From an uncultured Gemmatimonadales bacterium (lineage in GTDB: Bacteria; Gemmatimonadota; Gemmatimonadetes; Longimicrobiales; RSA9): DNA of 64,000 bases. Location: NCBI GenBank assembly GCA_963798085.1, contig CAWCRS010000008.1, positions 96,001 through 160,000 of the forward strand, in the 5' to 3' direction. Below, one piece after another: positions 40,105 through 52,361 of the stretch (position 1 is its first letter; each line of letters begins with the position of its first letter). A model generated the notes under the pieces. The model was not told the origin of the DNA. It was given only the letters and a program-made list of their open reading frames with translations, and searched no databases. The position numbers were made by a program, and so were the translations under genes.

Positions 40105-42367
40105 GCTGGAGTACCGGCGCAATGCGGCGCGCATACTGGCCGAGCAGCCGGCGGTGCGCGCGTCGGTAACGGGCGCCACACTGCATTTCGACCGCAGTCG
40201 GGCCCGCGGCTACGGCGAGATCAATGCCGACGCCTGGCGGCGCTGGGCGGAGGCGGTGAAGAGCCACACGCTGACGCATCTCGATCGCTATCTGGATGAA
40301 GCGCAGCGCAACCTCGAGGCGCACGGCGTACAGGTGCACTGGGCGGCAACCGCCGCGGATGTGCACGACACGCTGCACAGCATCGTCGCCCGCAACGCGG
40401 TGAAGCGCGTGGTCAAGGGCAAGAGCATGCTGTCGGAAGAGCTGGGCGTGAACGAGATGCTCGAGGCAGCCGCCGTCGAGGTCTTCGAGACCGATCTGGG
40501 CGAGTACATCCTGCAGCTGCTGCACGAAACGCCCAGTCACATCCTCGGGCCGGCGATCCACCGCAGCCTGGACGAGATCCGGCAACTGTTCCACGAGCGC
40601 TTCGACACGCCCCTCGACGCATCGCCGGACGCACTCGCGGCCGCGGCCAGGCGAGTGCTGCGCCAGGCGTTCGTCACCGCGGACATGGGCATCACGGGCG
40701 GCAACTTCCTGGTGGCCGAAACCGGCACGCTGGCGCTCATCGAGAACGAGGGGAACATCCGTCTCTCGACATCCGCACCCCGCGTGCACGTCGCGCTGGT
40801 AGGCATCGAGAAGCTGCTGCCCCGCTGGAGCGATCTGGCGCCGTTCCTGCAGCTCACGGCACGCGCCGCCACCGGCCAGGGGGTGGGCACGTTCGTTTCG
40901 CTGATCCAGGGGCCGCGCAGGTTTGCGGCGGACGCAGCGGGCGCGTCCGCGGCTGACGAACAAGGTGTTAGCCGCGCCCGGGCGGGTGACGGGGCGGGAG
41001 AACCGGACGGGCCCGACCAGGTGCACGTCATCCTGGTGGACAACGGGCGCACCCGCGTGCTGGCGGATCCCGCAGCGTGGGAAGCGCTGCGCTGCGTGCG
41101 CTGCGGCGCCTGTCTCAACGTGTGTCCGGTGTACCGGCAGACGGGCGGGCACGCGTATGGCTGGGTCTATTCGGGCCCCATCGGCGCCATTCTGGATCCG
41201 GGCCTGCTGGGCCTCGAGGCGGCGGCGGAACTGCCGTTTGCCTCCACGCTGTGCGGCGCGTGCGCTGATGTCTGCCCCGTCCGCATCCCCATTCCCCGGC
41301 TGCTGCTCGAGTGGCGCGCGCGTGCGGTGGACGCGGGCCTGCGCCCGCCAGGCGAAAAGCGCATGATCGCGGCGTACGCGGCAGCCGCCACGCGACCCGC
41401 CTGGTTCCGCGCGGCCGGCACTGCGCTGCGTCTGCTGCCGGGACCGCTGCGCGCCGCACTGCCCGTGCTGCGTGACTGGAGCGGCGCGCGCGCTGTCCCC
41501 GAACCGTCGCCGGCTGCCTTCGGCACGCTCTGGAGACGGGAATCGCGAAAGGTGGCAGAAGAGCCCGCCGGCACCGTGGCTCGACCAGGGGCCGCGCCCG
41601 AGCCAACACCGCCGACCGTGACGGAAGACACCGGGCCGCGCCGGGCGTTCGCCGGCGGTCGGCTGACCCGCCCACCGCAGGGCGAGGACCGGGCAGCGGG
41701 CGCGGCTAACGCGGTGTCAGACCGGCACCGGGTGCCGGCCGCCGTCGCGGAAGCGCTGAGCGGCCGTACCCGCCTGGTGCACCCGGGTCTGCTCCAGGCT
41801 TCCAATGCGGTGGCCGCTCCGCCGGAGACGGCGGCGTCCACTGAGGGAGAGACAGGCGGAGCAGACGGCAACGACGTCGTCGCCTGGAATGCCGTGCAGG
41901 CATTCATGGAGCGCTTCCGCGCAAACGGCGGTGAAGCGGTGAGGTTCAGCGCTCTGCAGGAGGCACACGCCTGGCTGTGTGCGTTGTGCGCCGATTTCGC
42001 AAGCGCGTGCACGGGCGTGGGCGTGCCGGAAGAATTGTCGCCGGCGAGCTGCGGCCGGCCCGGTACACCGCCCGTGGAGGCTGAGCTGGGCGTCTCTCTG
42101 GCACGGCAGGCGGCCGCGGCCACGGGAACCGTGCTGCTGGACAGCCGCGAGGGCCGCCTGACACAACTGTTAGTGCCGACGCATCTCGTCTGGGTGCGGG
42201 AGGCGACCATTCGGGCCACGCTGGCGGAGGCGCTGGACGCCGTGCGCCACGACCTGCCTGCCGCCCTCGGACTGCACTCGGGCCCCAGCCGCTCCGCCGA
42301 CATCGGCCGGGTGCTGGTGACCGGTGTGCACGGGCCGGGCCGGGTGATCGCCGCCATCATTCCGTGA
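40097..42367 (+). CDS. lutB: Lactate utilization protein B, in frame with a C-terminal LutC (LUD) domain
   Basis: KGKSM..EE, ETDLGEYI, NEGN, CVRCGACLNVCPVY, TLCGACADVCPV; after a P/A-rich linker, HSGPSRSADI..GVHGP (LutC signature). Confidence 0.85.
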   Translation: MAELEYRRNAARILAEQPAVRASVTGATLHFDRSRARGYGEINADAWRRWAEAVKSHTLTHLDRYLDEAQRNLEAHGVQVHWAATAADVHDTLHSIVARNAVKRVVKGKSMLSEELGVNEMLEAAAVEVFETDLGEYILQLLHETPSHILGPAIHRSLDEIRQLFHERFDTPLDASPDALAAAARRVLRQAFVTADMGITGGNFLVAETGTLALIENEGNIRLSTSAPRVHVALVGIEKLLPRWSDLAPFLQLTARAATGQGVGTFVSLIQGPRRFAADAAGASAADEQGVSRARAGDGAGEPDGPDQVHVILVDNGRTRVLADPAAWEALRCVRCGACLNVCPVYRQTGGHAYGWVYSGPIGAILDPGLLGLEAAAELPFASTLCGACADVCPVRIPIPRLLLEWRARAVDAGLRPPGEKRMIAAYAAAATRPAWFRAAGTALRLLPGPLRAALPVLRDWSGARAVPEPSPAAFGTLWRRESRKVAEEPAGTVARPGAAPEPTPPTVTEDTGPRRAFAGGRLTRPPQGEDRAAGAANAVSDRHRVPAAVAEALSGRTRLVHPGLLQASNAVAAPPETAASTEGETGGADGNDVVAWNAVQAFMERFRANGGEAVRFSALQEAHAWLCALCADFASACTGVGVPEELSPASCGRPGTPPVEAELGVSLARQAAAATGTVLLDSREGRLTQLLVPTHLVWVREATIRATLAEALDAVRHDLPAALGLHSGPSRSADIGRVLVTGVHGPGRVIAAIIP

Positions 42368-42387
42368 GCTGCGGCCACCCGGATCAC

Positions 42388-42549
42388 TCATTCGGGCCGC
42401 GCCCGCAGACGTCCCGCTTCGACCAGCGCCTGGCGCAGCAGGAACTCGATCTGCGCGTTCAGACTGCGCAGATCATCGGCCGCCCAGCGCTCCAGCGCCT
42501 CGTGGACTCCGGCATCGATCCGCAGCAGGAACGGTTTGCGCTCGGCCAA
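42388..42549 (-). CDS. Small Arc/ribbon-helix-helix DNA-binding protein (53 aa; not in the ORF track)
   Basis: TTG start; MAERKPFLLRIDAGVHEALERWAGDDLRSLNAQIEFLLRQALVEAGRLRARPE*, directly downstream of the SPFH gene. Confidence 0.85.
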   Translation of the reverse strand: MAERKPFLLRIDAGVHEALERWAADDLRSLNAQIEFLLRQALVEAGRLRARPE

Positions 42550-42562
42550 GACTAACACTCCG

Positions 42563-43429
<867 letters not shown>

Positions 43430-43452
43430 GGCGACCTCCGGCTGTAGTTGCA

Positions 43453-43473
43453 TTATGATATCACAATGATATA
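43453..43473. promoter_or_regulatory. Repeated ATGATAT boxes upstream of the SPFH-Arc operon (putative RHH operator)
   Basis: TTATGATATCACAATGATATA contains palindromic TGATATCA plus a second ATGATAT. Confidence 0.5.
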
Positions 43474-43540
43474 GGAGCCGCAAGAGTCTCATGAGCACGG
43501 CATCTGAACGTGCGGCACCGTTCACGGGTAAATCTGTGCC

Positions 43541-45959
43541 GTGAAAGCCAATACGCGTGTGCACGGGAGGATCGTCCTGCTGGCGGCACTGATGCTCGCC
43601 GCGGTGGGGCCGCTCAGGCCGGCGCGTGCCGGCGCGCAGGCGCCGCCGGCGGTCGCGCGCAACCACGGCGCGGCCGCGAGCTCGCCGCGTGTGGACGCCG
43701 CTCGGGTGGCGCCGCCGCAGGAGGGGTTCGGCGGATTGCGCGGCTATGCGTTCGAGCGGCAGATAACAGAGCGTTGGCTGAATGCGCGGCAGAAGCCGGC
43801 GTTTACGGCGCCGGACCGGGGCACGCTGTGGCTGCGCGTGGACTCGGCGCGCGTGGCGAGTGCGGGAGCGCGTTCGCTCTATCTCTCGGTGGCGCGTTCG
43901 CTCGGGGAGCGTGGGGACTGGGCGGAGCTGGACGTGGCGTCGACGGGCCGGCTCACGGGCATGACTCTCAGTGCGCGGCCCTGGACCGTGCAGGCGGACG
44001 GCGCGGTCGATTCGGTGCGCGAAGGCATCGCGCGCTATCACCTGGTAGCGGACGGATCCTTCGGGATGCCGGAATCGCGTGTGTGGGAGCTGCTGCCCGC
44101 AGTGCATCCGGCGCGTTTCCGCGCGGGTGAGCGCTGGTCGGACACCATCAATCTGAGTGGGCGACAGGGCGGGTTCGAGCAGACACTGCGCGGCCGGCGC
44201 ACAGCGACACTGGTGCGCGATACGCTGATCGACCAGCGCCGGCTGTGGATCGTGCGTGACAGTGCCAGTGTGCGCTACGAAGAGAAGCATCCCGAGGACG
44301 CGCGCACGCTGGACACGCTGGCAGTCATCGAGCGGCTGACAACGGGCGTGATCAAGCGCCGTTATCTGTACGATGCCGAGCTGCACGTTTTCCTCGTGCG
44401 GCATGACACCACGCTATTGTCGGGCGCCGTCGTGCTGCGCTATTCCGACGGCCGCGCCTTCCGGGCGACGACGCGGTACGAGCGCGCGGACGTGTGGTTG
44501 TTGCGCGACCCGGCGGCGGTGGAAGCGCAGCGAGGGGCGGATCGGGCGGCCGCGGAGGCGAGGGTCGGGGCGTCCAGCCTGGTGCCATCGAACGACGTGG
44601 AACTGCGGTTGGCGCGAGGCGAAGCGGGCGTGCGCGATTCGCTGCTCGCGCGCTGGCGCGATGTGCGTGACCCGGAAGAACGCGAGCGCGTGTATCGCAC
44701 GCTCGTGCTGTTTGCCGGCAACGGAGCCACTGCGGGCGACGTGGAGGAGCGCATCGCCGCGCTGGCTGCGGCGTCGGGCGACACGGTGTTCGAGGCGCAG
44801 GCCGCATTGCGACGGTTGTCGGTGGGCCCGCGGCCCATCGATCTGTCAGGCATGCGCCTGCTGCTGCCGCTCCTCGCGGACCCGGGGGTCGCGCTCGGCT
44901 TTGGTCTGAACAGCGACAAGCTGTATGCGAGTGCGGTGGACGGATTGCTGCGCGCACCGCCGGCGGGGGAGCCGGATTCCACGCGCTGGGCGTGTCTGCC
45001 GTCTGCCTGCCGCCTGCTGGCGCGCGAGTGGGATCAGAAGCACGAGGCAAGGCTGCGCGATCTGGGTCTGCTGGCGCTCGTGCTGATGGACCCTGCGCGC
45101 TGGAGCGCTGCGGTCAGCGATCGCGCCGGTGCCGGCTCCTGGATTGCGCGCCGCGCCCTTCCGCTCCTGGACGGTGCGCTGCAGCAGCCGTTCGGGCCGG
45201 CGCCCTCGCCGTTGCCTGCGCCGGATGCGGACTGGAGTGCGTGGCTGCAATGGCTGGGTGGACGCGTACCGGTCAATGTGGATGCGCGCGTAGGTCACGC
45301 GCTGCGGCTGTACGCGGCGAAGAGCGGGCGCGACGTGCTGGCGGAGCTGAACGCGAAGCGCCAGCAGTCCACGTCCGACGCCGCCACGCTCGTCTGGGAG
45401 GGCATTCTGCTGAGTGCCGACGCGTACCATCCGGATGCGGACACGACGGCGGCCCGCCTGCTTTCGGGGTCCGCGGCGCTGCGTACGCTGGCGCAGTCCG
45501 AGCTGCGCGCGCTGTTCCGAAGCGCGGCCCGGCCCGCACCGGACTCGCTCGTGACAACGCTGCAGGGTGAGCTGCTGGACATCGAGCTGGCCGCGGGCGA
45601 AGCGTGGCCGACGCTCGAATGGTCGGCCCATAACAGCGGTGTCAGCAGGGCAGGATACGGCGGTGTTTCTGCTGGCTGACAGCGTGGCGGCCGAGCTCCG
45701 CGACCGCTGGGCCACGCGCGTCCGCATGGTCAGTCCGGCCGAGTGGCAGGCCCGGCCGCTGCGCTGGGCGGGTACGCTGTTCGTGCCGCAATCGGTGCAG
45801 GTCACGGGTCGTTTCGCACGCGTCGCTCTGGCCTGGGATGGCCGGCTGGCGCAGCGTGCGGGATTCCCGCCGCGCGGCTTCACCGGCTCCGCCATTTTCT
45901 TCCTCTTGCGCACGCCTGCTGGCTGGCTGGTGGTGGATCGCCAGGCCGGAATGACCTGA
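43541..45959 (+). CDS. Large secreted hypothetical protein, probable frameshift near 45620
   Basis: Signal peptide ([18 protein letters not shown]); 712-aa ORF continues in the 45567-45959 frame ending [12 protein letters not shown]. Confidence 0.6.
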
Positions 45960-46129
45960 CGCGCAGGCGCTGTCGGGCAAACACGCGGCAATGTGGGCGA
46001 ATCCCTGACGGTCTGTCCCATCCGCGCGCCCCATCCATAGAGAGAGACAGCGGCGCCGGGCGCGCGCAGACGCCATGTGCGGGCGATCGGTTGCACGTGT
46101 CGTTGCTCATGCCGGAGGGAGTGTCGCGC

Positions 46130-48527
46130 ATGCAAGTTCCGACCGACGTCCGTTATGCGCTCCGGGTGTTGCGCAAGAGCCCGGGCTTCACGATCCCGGC
46201 GCTCTTCATGCTGGCGCTCGCCATGGGCGCAGGCACCTCGATCTTTGCGGTCGTCCGGGCCGTGTTGCTGCGGCCGCTGGCGTATCCGGAATCGCAGAGA
46301 CTGGTCAGCATCTGCGAGGTGAATCCGGCCGTCGACCGGTTCTGTGTCGCCTCGCCGCCGGACGTGGCCGACTGGGCGGCGGCATCGCGCAGCTTCGAGG
46401 CGCTGGGCTTTGCGCGCAGCTGGTCGTTCATGCTGCGCACCAGCGAGCGCGTGGCAGGCGTCGCTGGCGGTTATGCGACCGCCGACTGGTTCCGCGCACT
46501 ACGCGTGGCGCCGGAGCTGGGCCGACTCATCGAACCAGGCGACATGTCGGTGGGCCGCAATCATGTCGCACTGATCAGTCACGCGCTGTGGCTCGAGCGA
46601 TTCGCGGGCAGCCCATCCGTTGCAGGCAGCACCACGACGCTCGATGGCGAAGCGTTCACGATCGTGGGTGTGCTGCCGGCGTCATTTCGTGGACCCGAGC
46701 TGGAGTGGGTGAAGCTGTGGACGCCGCCGCCATGGGATGTGCGCGATGAGGAGCGACGCAGCTGGCGTGGTTTCCAGGTGGTGGGCCGGCTGGCGCCGGG
46801 CGTGAAGCTGGCGCAGGCGCAGGCGGAGCTGGAGGTGATCCAGTCGAATCTGGCGCGCGCGCATCCGCCCACCAATGACGGCTGGGGTGTGTTCGTGCAG
46901 TCCCTGCACGAACACATTGCCGGCTACACGCGACCGGTCTTTCTGGTATTCAGCGGAGCGGTGGCGTTGCTGCTGCTGATTGCCTGCGCGAACCTGGCTA
47001 ACCTGATGCTTGTGCGCGCCACACAGCGGCGGCGCGAAATGGCGATCCGGGCGGCCGCGGGCGCGGGTCGCGCGCGCCTCGTGCAGCAGCTGCTGGCGGA
47101 AAGTGTTACGCTCGCATTGCTGGGAGGTGCGCTGGGACTGCTGCTGGCACGGTGGGGCACGCGGCTGCTGGTGCGGCTGGCGCCGGCCGGGATTCCGCGC
47201 ATTCGAGGAGACCCACCTGGATCCGGTGGTTTTCGCGTTCACGCTGACACTCGCGTTAGTCACGGCCGTGGCGTTCGGGCTGGCGCCTGCGCTATGGACC
47301 GTGCGTGTCGACCTGGCGCGCGGACTGCGCGAGGGCCTGGGTGCGGGTCATGCGCCGGGTGGTGCGCGTCTGCGGCGTACACTGGCCACGGGCGAACTCG
47401 CACTGACGCTGATGCTGCTGGTGGCCGCCGCACTGCTGACACGCAGTTTCGTTTCTCTGCTGCGCTGGGATCCGGGGTTCGACCGGAGCCAGCTGCTGAC
47501 CTTCTCTGTGTATGCGCCCACAGAAAGGTACCGCGACCACGCCGCCGTCGCCTCTCTGTGGAGCCGGCTCGAGCAGGAGGTAGCAGGTCTGCCCGGCGTA
47601 CGCAGCGTGAGCACGGCTTCGGCCGGTCCGATGTTCGGCGGTATTGAGCCCGGGCGGTTCCAGATCCTGGGTCAGGCGCCGCTGGCAGATGCGCCGTCCG
47701 CGCGCTGGTATGACGCGGGTCCCGGCTATTTCCGTGTGTTAGGCGTGCCCATCGTGAAGGGCCGCGACCTTTCGGAAGGCGACGCACTGGGAGCACCCGT
47801 CGTCGCCCTGATCAATCAGACCATGGCTCGCCGTTTCTTCGGCGATCGCGATCCGGTCGGGCAGCAGCTGCAAATGGTCGACGAAGGTTTCGACGTGAGC
47901 ATCGTGGGCGTTGTTGCCGATGTGAAGCCTTTCTACGCAGGTCGTCCGCCGGAACCGGAGATCTGGTGGTCCAACCGGCAGCGGCCGCGCTGGGCCACGT
48001 TCTTCGTGGTGCGTGCGAGTGGCGACCAGGGCGCGCTGGCGCGCGGCATCCAGCAGCGACTCGGGAGTGTCGACAGCGAGCTGGAGATGGGAGCGCTCGC
48101 TGCGCTCAACGAGCTGGTGGACCAGCGACTGGTCGGGCCTCGATTCAATCTGCTGCTGGTCGGTGTGCTGGCGCTGCTGGCGCTCGTCCTGGCGACTGCG
48201 GGCGTGTATGCGGTGCTGGCCTATGCGGTGGCTGCGCAGCGACGCGAGATCGGCATCCGCATGGCTCTGGGTGCACGCCGGCTGCAGGTCGTGCGCAAAG
48301 TGCTGCGCGAGGGCGCGCTCATGGCCGCCACTGGCCTGGTGATTGGCGCGATCGGCGCACTCATGCTGTCACGTTTCCTCGGCAGCATGCTCTACGGCGT
48401 AGCGCCGCGCGATCCCGCGACACTGGTTGGCACGACGCTGCTGCTTCTGTTCATTGCGCTTGCGGCGTGCACGATTCCCGCCGCGCGCGCGAGCCGCGTC
48501 GATCCCGCGCGGGTCCTTCGCGAATAG
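46130..48527 (+). CDS. ADOP-type duplicated ABC permease, frameshift near 47203
   Basis: [59 protein letters not shown]. Confidence 0.88.
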
Positions 48528-48866
48528 GCTCTTCATTTCACCGCGCAGGGCGTCGCGGGCGCGGAGAGGCACGCGGGAGCGTTGGGCACGTCGGCGTGAC
48601 GGCTTCCGTTTGTGCCAGTGACTGTCGAGGGTCACGATGTGCGGTCCGATCCGGCGTGCATCCTTCCTTCCGTGTCCTCTTCCGGGAACTGGCTGGCCGG
48701 TGTGGAGGGGGTGGACTATCATCCGGAGCAAGGCCGAGGCAGGGATTGCTGTTCAACTGCTGCTTACGATGGGCAGGCAAGCGTGCTGACGAGTCACAGC
48801 GACAGGGTGCGTGCAATGAGCGTGAGAGGGTGTGTGTGGTGGGGCAGACCTCGGTTGAGGCGGGTT

Positions 48867-50489
48867 GTGCAACGTGTGCGCCGTCCCATGCCGGGCCTGT
48901 CGCTGCTCTTGCTGTCGCTGCTGCCGTCTACTGTGCTGGCGCAGCATGATGAGCACATGCGACTGCCGCCGTCGTTCGATCAGCCGATGCCGCTGTACAC
49001 GGTGGGGTTGGGGCCGTACGCGCGTCGGATTACGACGACGTCGCGCGAGGCGCAGGCCTACTTCGATCAGGGGATACAGCTGCTGTACGCGTTCGCGCCC
49101 GAGGATGCGGCGCGTTCGTTTCGCGAGGCGGAAAAGCGTGATCCCGCGTGTGCCATGTGTTATTTCGGAGAAGCCTGGGCGTGGGGTCCGTACCTGAACG
49201 GGGAGATGCGGGCGGATGATGCGCCGCGCGCGTTCGCGGCGATCCAGCAGGCGACGAAAGTGGCGGAGGGACACACGTCGCCGGTCGAGCACGCACTGAT
49301 CGACGCCATGCGCGTGCGCTACGAGCCGGTGCACGACGCGCATCGTCGCAAACAACTCGACTCTTTGTATGCCCGTGCGATGGGCGATGTCTGGCAGCAG
49401 TTTCCGAGCGATCTGGATGCAGGCACGATGTACGCGGAAGCGTTGATGCTGCTGGAGCCGCGGCGAGGCACGTGGGATGTGAAGAAGCCGGCCGTACAGC
49501 AGATACACTTCGTGCTGGAGTCACTGCTGGCGCAGGACCTGCTGCACCCGGGCGCCTGTCATCTGTACGTGCACGCCACGGAATCGACGGTGGTGCCGGG
49601 AAAGGCGGAAGCCTGCGCCGACCATCTGGGCAACGCGATTCCGGGCGCGAGTCACATCAATCACATGCCGTCGCACACGTACAACCGCATTGGCCGCTGG
49701 GGTGATGCGGTGCGCGCCAACCTGCGGGCGTGGCACTCGGATCAGAAGGCGGCCATTGGCGAGGGCTTCGCCATCTATCCATCGCACAACCTGCACATGC
49801 TGCTGTTCGCGGCGTCCTATGATGGGCAGGGTGCGATCGCGCTGGAGGCGGCGAGGGAATACGCGAAGATTTCGCCGGGCGGCGACTTCTACCCGGCGCT
49901 CGTAATGGTGCGCTTCGGCCACTTCGACGACGTGCTCGCGCTCCATGTGCCGCGTCCCGGACACCCCATTTACGCCGGGCTGCTGGATTTCGCGCGCGGC
50001 TATGCGCTGCTGCGCACGGGCCATCCGGACAGTGCCCGCGTCCTGCTCGCCAGCATGGAGACGACAGCGCGCACCGCGCCGGATTCCGTGAACTTCCGCG
50101 GCCACACGGCAGCGCAGCTGCTGGGCATCACGGGCGGCATTCTGAAGGGTGAGATCCTGCGCGACGAGAAGCGCATGCCGGAAGCGATCGCGGCGTTCGA
50201 GCAGGCCGTCGCGGCGGACGATGGGCTGCGCTACGACGAGCCGGAGCCGCTCGATTTCGCCGCGCGTCACTGGCTGGGCGCGGCGCTGCTCGAAGCGGGT
50301 CGCGCAGGTGATGCCGAACGCGTGTATCGCGACGAGCTGGCGCATCACCCGAAGAACGGCTGGAGTCTGCTCGGTCTGGAGCAGGCCGTGCGCGCCCAGG
50401 GCCGGCGGGCGGAGGCCGACAGCATCATGCGGCAGTTCGACGAGGCATGGTCGCGCTCCGACACCTGGATTCGCGCTTCCCGTTTCTGA
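48867..50489 (+). CDS. Secreted TPR-like helical repeat protein with His-rich motifs (start uncertain, 48867 or 48888)
   Basis: AQAYFDQG..F..EDAARSF..DP.CAMCY; HPGACHLYVH; SHINHMPSH; HPKNGWSLLGL. Confidence 0.8.
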   Translation: MQRVRRPMPGLSLLLLSLLPSTVLAQHDEHMRLPPSFDQPMPLYTVGLGPYARRITTTSREAQAYFDQGIQLLYAFAPEDAARSFREAEKRDPACAMCYFGEAWAWGPYLNGEMRADDAPRAFAAIQQATKVAEGHTSPVEHALIDAMRVRYEPVHDAHRRKQLDSLYARAMGDVWQQFPSDLDAGTMYAEALMLLEPRRGTWDVKKPAVQQIHFVLESLLAQDLLHPGACHLYVHATESTVVPGKAEACADHLGNAIPGASHINHMPSHTYNRIGRWGDAVRANLRAWHSDQKAAIGEGFAIYPSHNLHMLLFAASYDGQGAIALEAAREYAKISPGGDFYPALVMVRFGHFDDVLALHVPRPGHPIYAGLLDFARGYALLRTGHPDSARVLLASMETTARTAPDSVNFRGHTAAQLLGITGGILKGEILRDEKRMPEAIAAFEQAVAADDGLRYDEPEPLDFAARHWLGAALLEAGRAGDAERVYRDELAHHPKNGWSLLGLEQAVRAQGRRAEADSIMRQFDEAWSRSDTWIRASRF

Positions 50490-50600
50490 TCGCGGCCGCC
50501 CGGACCGAAAGGCGGCCGGCGCAGCCGCGACTCCTCAAAGAAACCACCCTGCTCCACGCGCCGAATCATCGGATCCGACCTGATTGAAGCGCGACGCGCT

Positions 50601-51620
50601 TCAGAGTCCGTCCGCCAGCAGTGCAATGACATTGTCCGAGCGGCGCGCGAGCTGTCCGCGCTCGATACGATGCACCGCATCGACGAGTCGAGCGGTGAGC
50701 GGCGTGGGCACACCACATTCCCGCCCGTAGCGCACGACCGGACCGAGCTGTGGATCGACCTCGGTTTCCCTGTGGCGCACGGCGAGGTCGCGCCAGATGC
50801 CGCTGTGCGTCTTGGCGGAGCGGCGGTTGTGCGCCACCAGTTCATTGAGCGAGCGCGTGGTACGGGCTTCAGTCGAGTCGGGCGCGAAAGCAAGCGGATC
50901 GAAGCCGTCGAAGGATTCCAGACGAATGCCGCGCGCCAGCGCCACCGTCACGACTTCGCGGGCCAGCGCAATGTGAACGGGACGATGCACCGGATTGGCT
51001 AGTGAATCGGCGATGGCGTCATCGGTGATGGCGGTGGCGAAGAGCATCGCCGCGTAGGCCAGCTTGCTCCAGAGATAGCCCCAGATGTTGTCGCTGCGGA
51101 TGGCGTGTTCGTCGAACCTGCGCAGCAGTGCGTGCAGCTGTTCCAGCCGGGGCGTCAGAGCGCCATCCAGTTCGCCCAGCACCAGCGTGCCGCGGCCGCC
51201 ATAGTGAATCACACCTGGCTCCAGATAGTCAGCGCCGAAATTCACGAAACAGCCGAGCGTGCGCGTCGCACCCGCGAGGCGGGCAATAACCTCCTCGTTC
51301 AGTCCGTTCTGCAGCGAGACGATGACGCCGTCCGCCGCGAGATGAGGCAGCAGCTGCGTTGTCGCCTGCTCCGTGTGCTGCGCCTTCACGCACAGCAGAA
51401 ACAGCGGGGCCGTGCCGGCAAAGCCGTCCGGCGTGAAAGCGGGCGCCTGCACGACGAACTGCGCGAGCGGGCCGGTGATGCGCAGGCCCTGCTCGCGAAT
51501 GGCTGTCACGTGAGCGGTTGCCTGGTCCACAAACACGACATTGTGGCCGGCGCGCGCGAGGAAGGCGCCCACAGTGCCGCCAATGGCGCCTGCACCCCAC
51601 ACGACACAACCGGGTGTCAC
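50601..51620 (-). CDS. panE: Ketopantoate reductase family protein
   Basis: VWGAGAIGG, LCVKA, SLQNGL, LWSKL, SGIWRDL..RETE; GTGA overlap with the upstream gene. Confidence 0.8.
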   Translation of the reverse strand: MTPGCVVWGAGAIGGTVGAFLARAGHNVVFVDQATAHVTAIREQGLRITGPLAQFVVQAPAFTPDGFAGTAPLFLLCVKAQHTEQATTQLLPHLAADGVIVSLQNGLNEEVIARLAGATRTLGCFVNFGADYLEPGVIHYGGRGTLVLGELDGALTPRLEQLHALLRRFDEHAIRSDNIWGYLWSKLAYAAMLFATAITDDAIADSLANPVHRPVHIALAREVVTVALARGIRLESFDGFDPLAFAPDSTEARTTRSLNELVAHNRRSAKTHSGIWRDLAVRHRETEVDPQLGPVVRYGRECGVPTPLTARLVDAVHRIERGQLARRSDNVIALLADGL

Positions 51621-52102
51621 GTGGATTCGAACACACCGGTCTCGCGATTCTTGCGGACGGCGTTCCAGGGGAACCAGCGACCGTTCATGGCGACGTACAC
51701 ACCCGGCGCCAGCAGCTGCACGAACGACAGCGCGCTGCCGAGGTTGAACAGGCCATCCGAGCTGCCGAACGCGTAGGGGACCATGGCGCCGGTGAGCACG
51801 ATCGTCTTGCCGAGCGCGGCTTCGGCCAGTGCGCCGGCGGTCTGCACCATGGTGTCCGTGCCGTGCGTGACGACGATCTGTGTCTCGGCACAGCGGCGAC
51901 AGTGATCGACGATGGTGGCTCGATCCTCCGCCGTCATGTCCAGGCTGTCGATCATCATGAGCGAGCGCACGGCGACGTCGAGGTGGCAGCGTCCGCGGCG
52001 CAGCATCTCGGGGACGTGCGTGTCCTGGAAGAAGAGCGTACCACGCAGCTCGTCGTATTCCTTGTCGAAGGTGCCGCCCGTCACGAACACACGGATGGTC
52101 AT
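51617..52102 (-). CDS. Short L-asparaginase-domain protein (N-terminal domain only)
   Basis: TGGTFDK, DSLDM, THGTDTM, VLTGAM. Confidence 0.88.
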   Translation of the reverse strand: MTIRVFVTGGTFDKEYDELRGTLFFQDTHVPEMLRRGRCHLDVAVRSLMMIDSLDMTAEDRATIVDHCRRCAETQIVVTHGTDTMVQTAGALAEAALGKTIVLTGAMVPYAFGSSDGLFNLGSALSFVQLLAPGVYVAMNGRWFPWNAVRKNRETGVFEST

Positions 52103-52361
52103 GTCGGCTGTCCTGTCGCGCAGGCGTGATTCCCGGGATGCCGTCCACCCGCATCGTTCCGGAACAGTTCACGGAGGAAGCGGGCCTTCGCAGGACGCGC
52201 GGGAACGATAGGCAGCGGCGCATACGCGGTCAATCAGCCGCGAGGCAGTGCCGCCCGGCCTGCAAGCGCACGACCGCGCGCAGCGAACAGCCGGAAAGCA
52301 GAACGGCGAGTCCACTGTGCGGACTCGCCGTTCCTGAGTGCTGGCAGAGCAGACTGTTCTG

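Noticed and set aside
43430..44404. N-terminal extension of the SPFH ORF (613 aa)
   Set aside because: Shadow of the + strand gene; the true start is GTG 43429.
48535..48690. Possible degenerate REP-like arms after the 46130 permease
   Set aside because: Similarity to the 20768-21215 arms is too weak to support.
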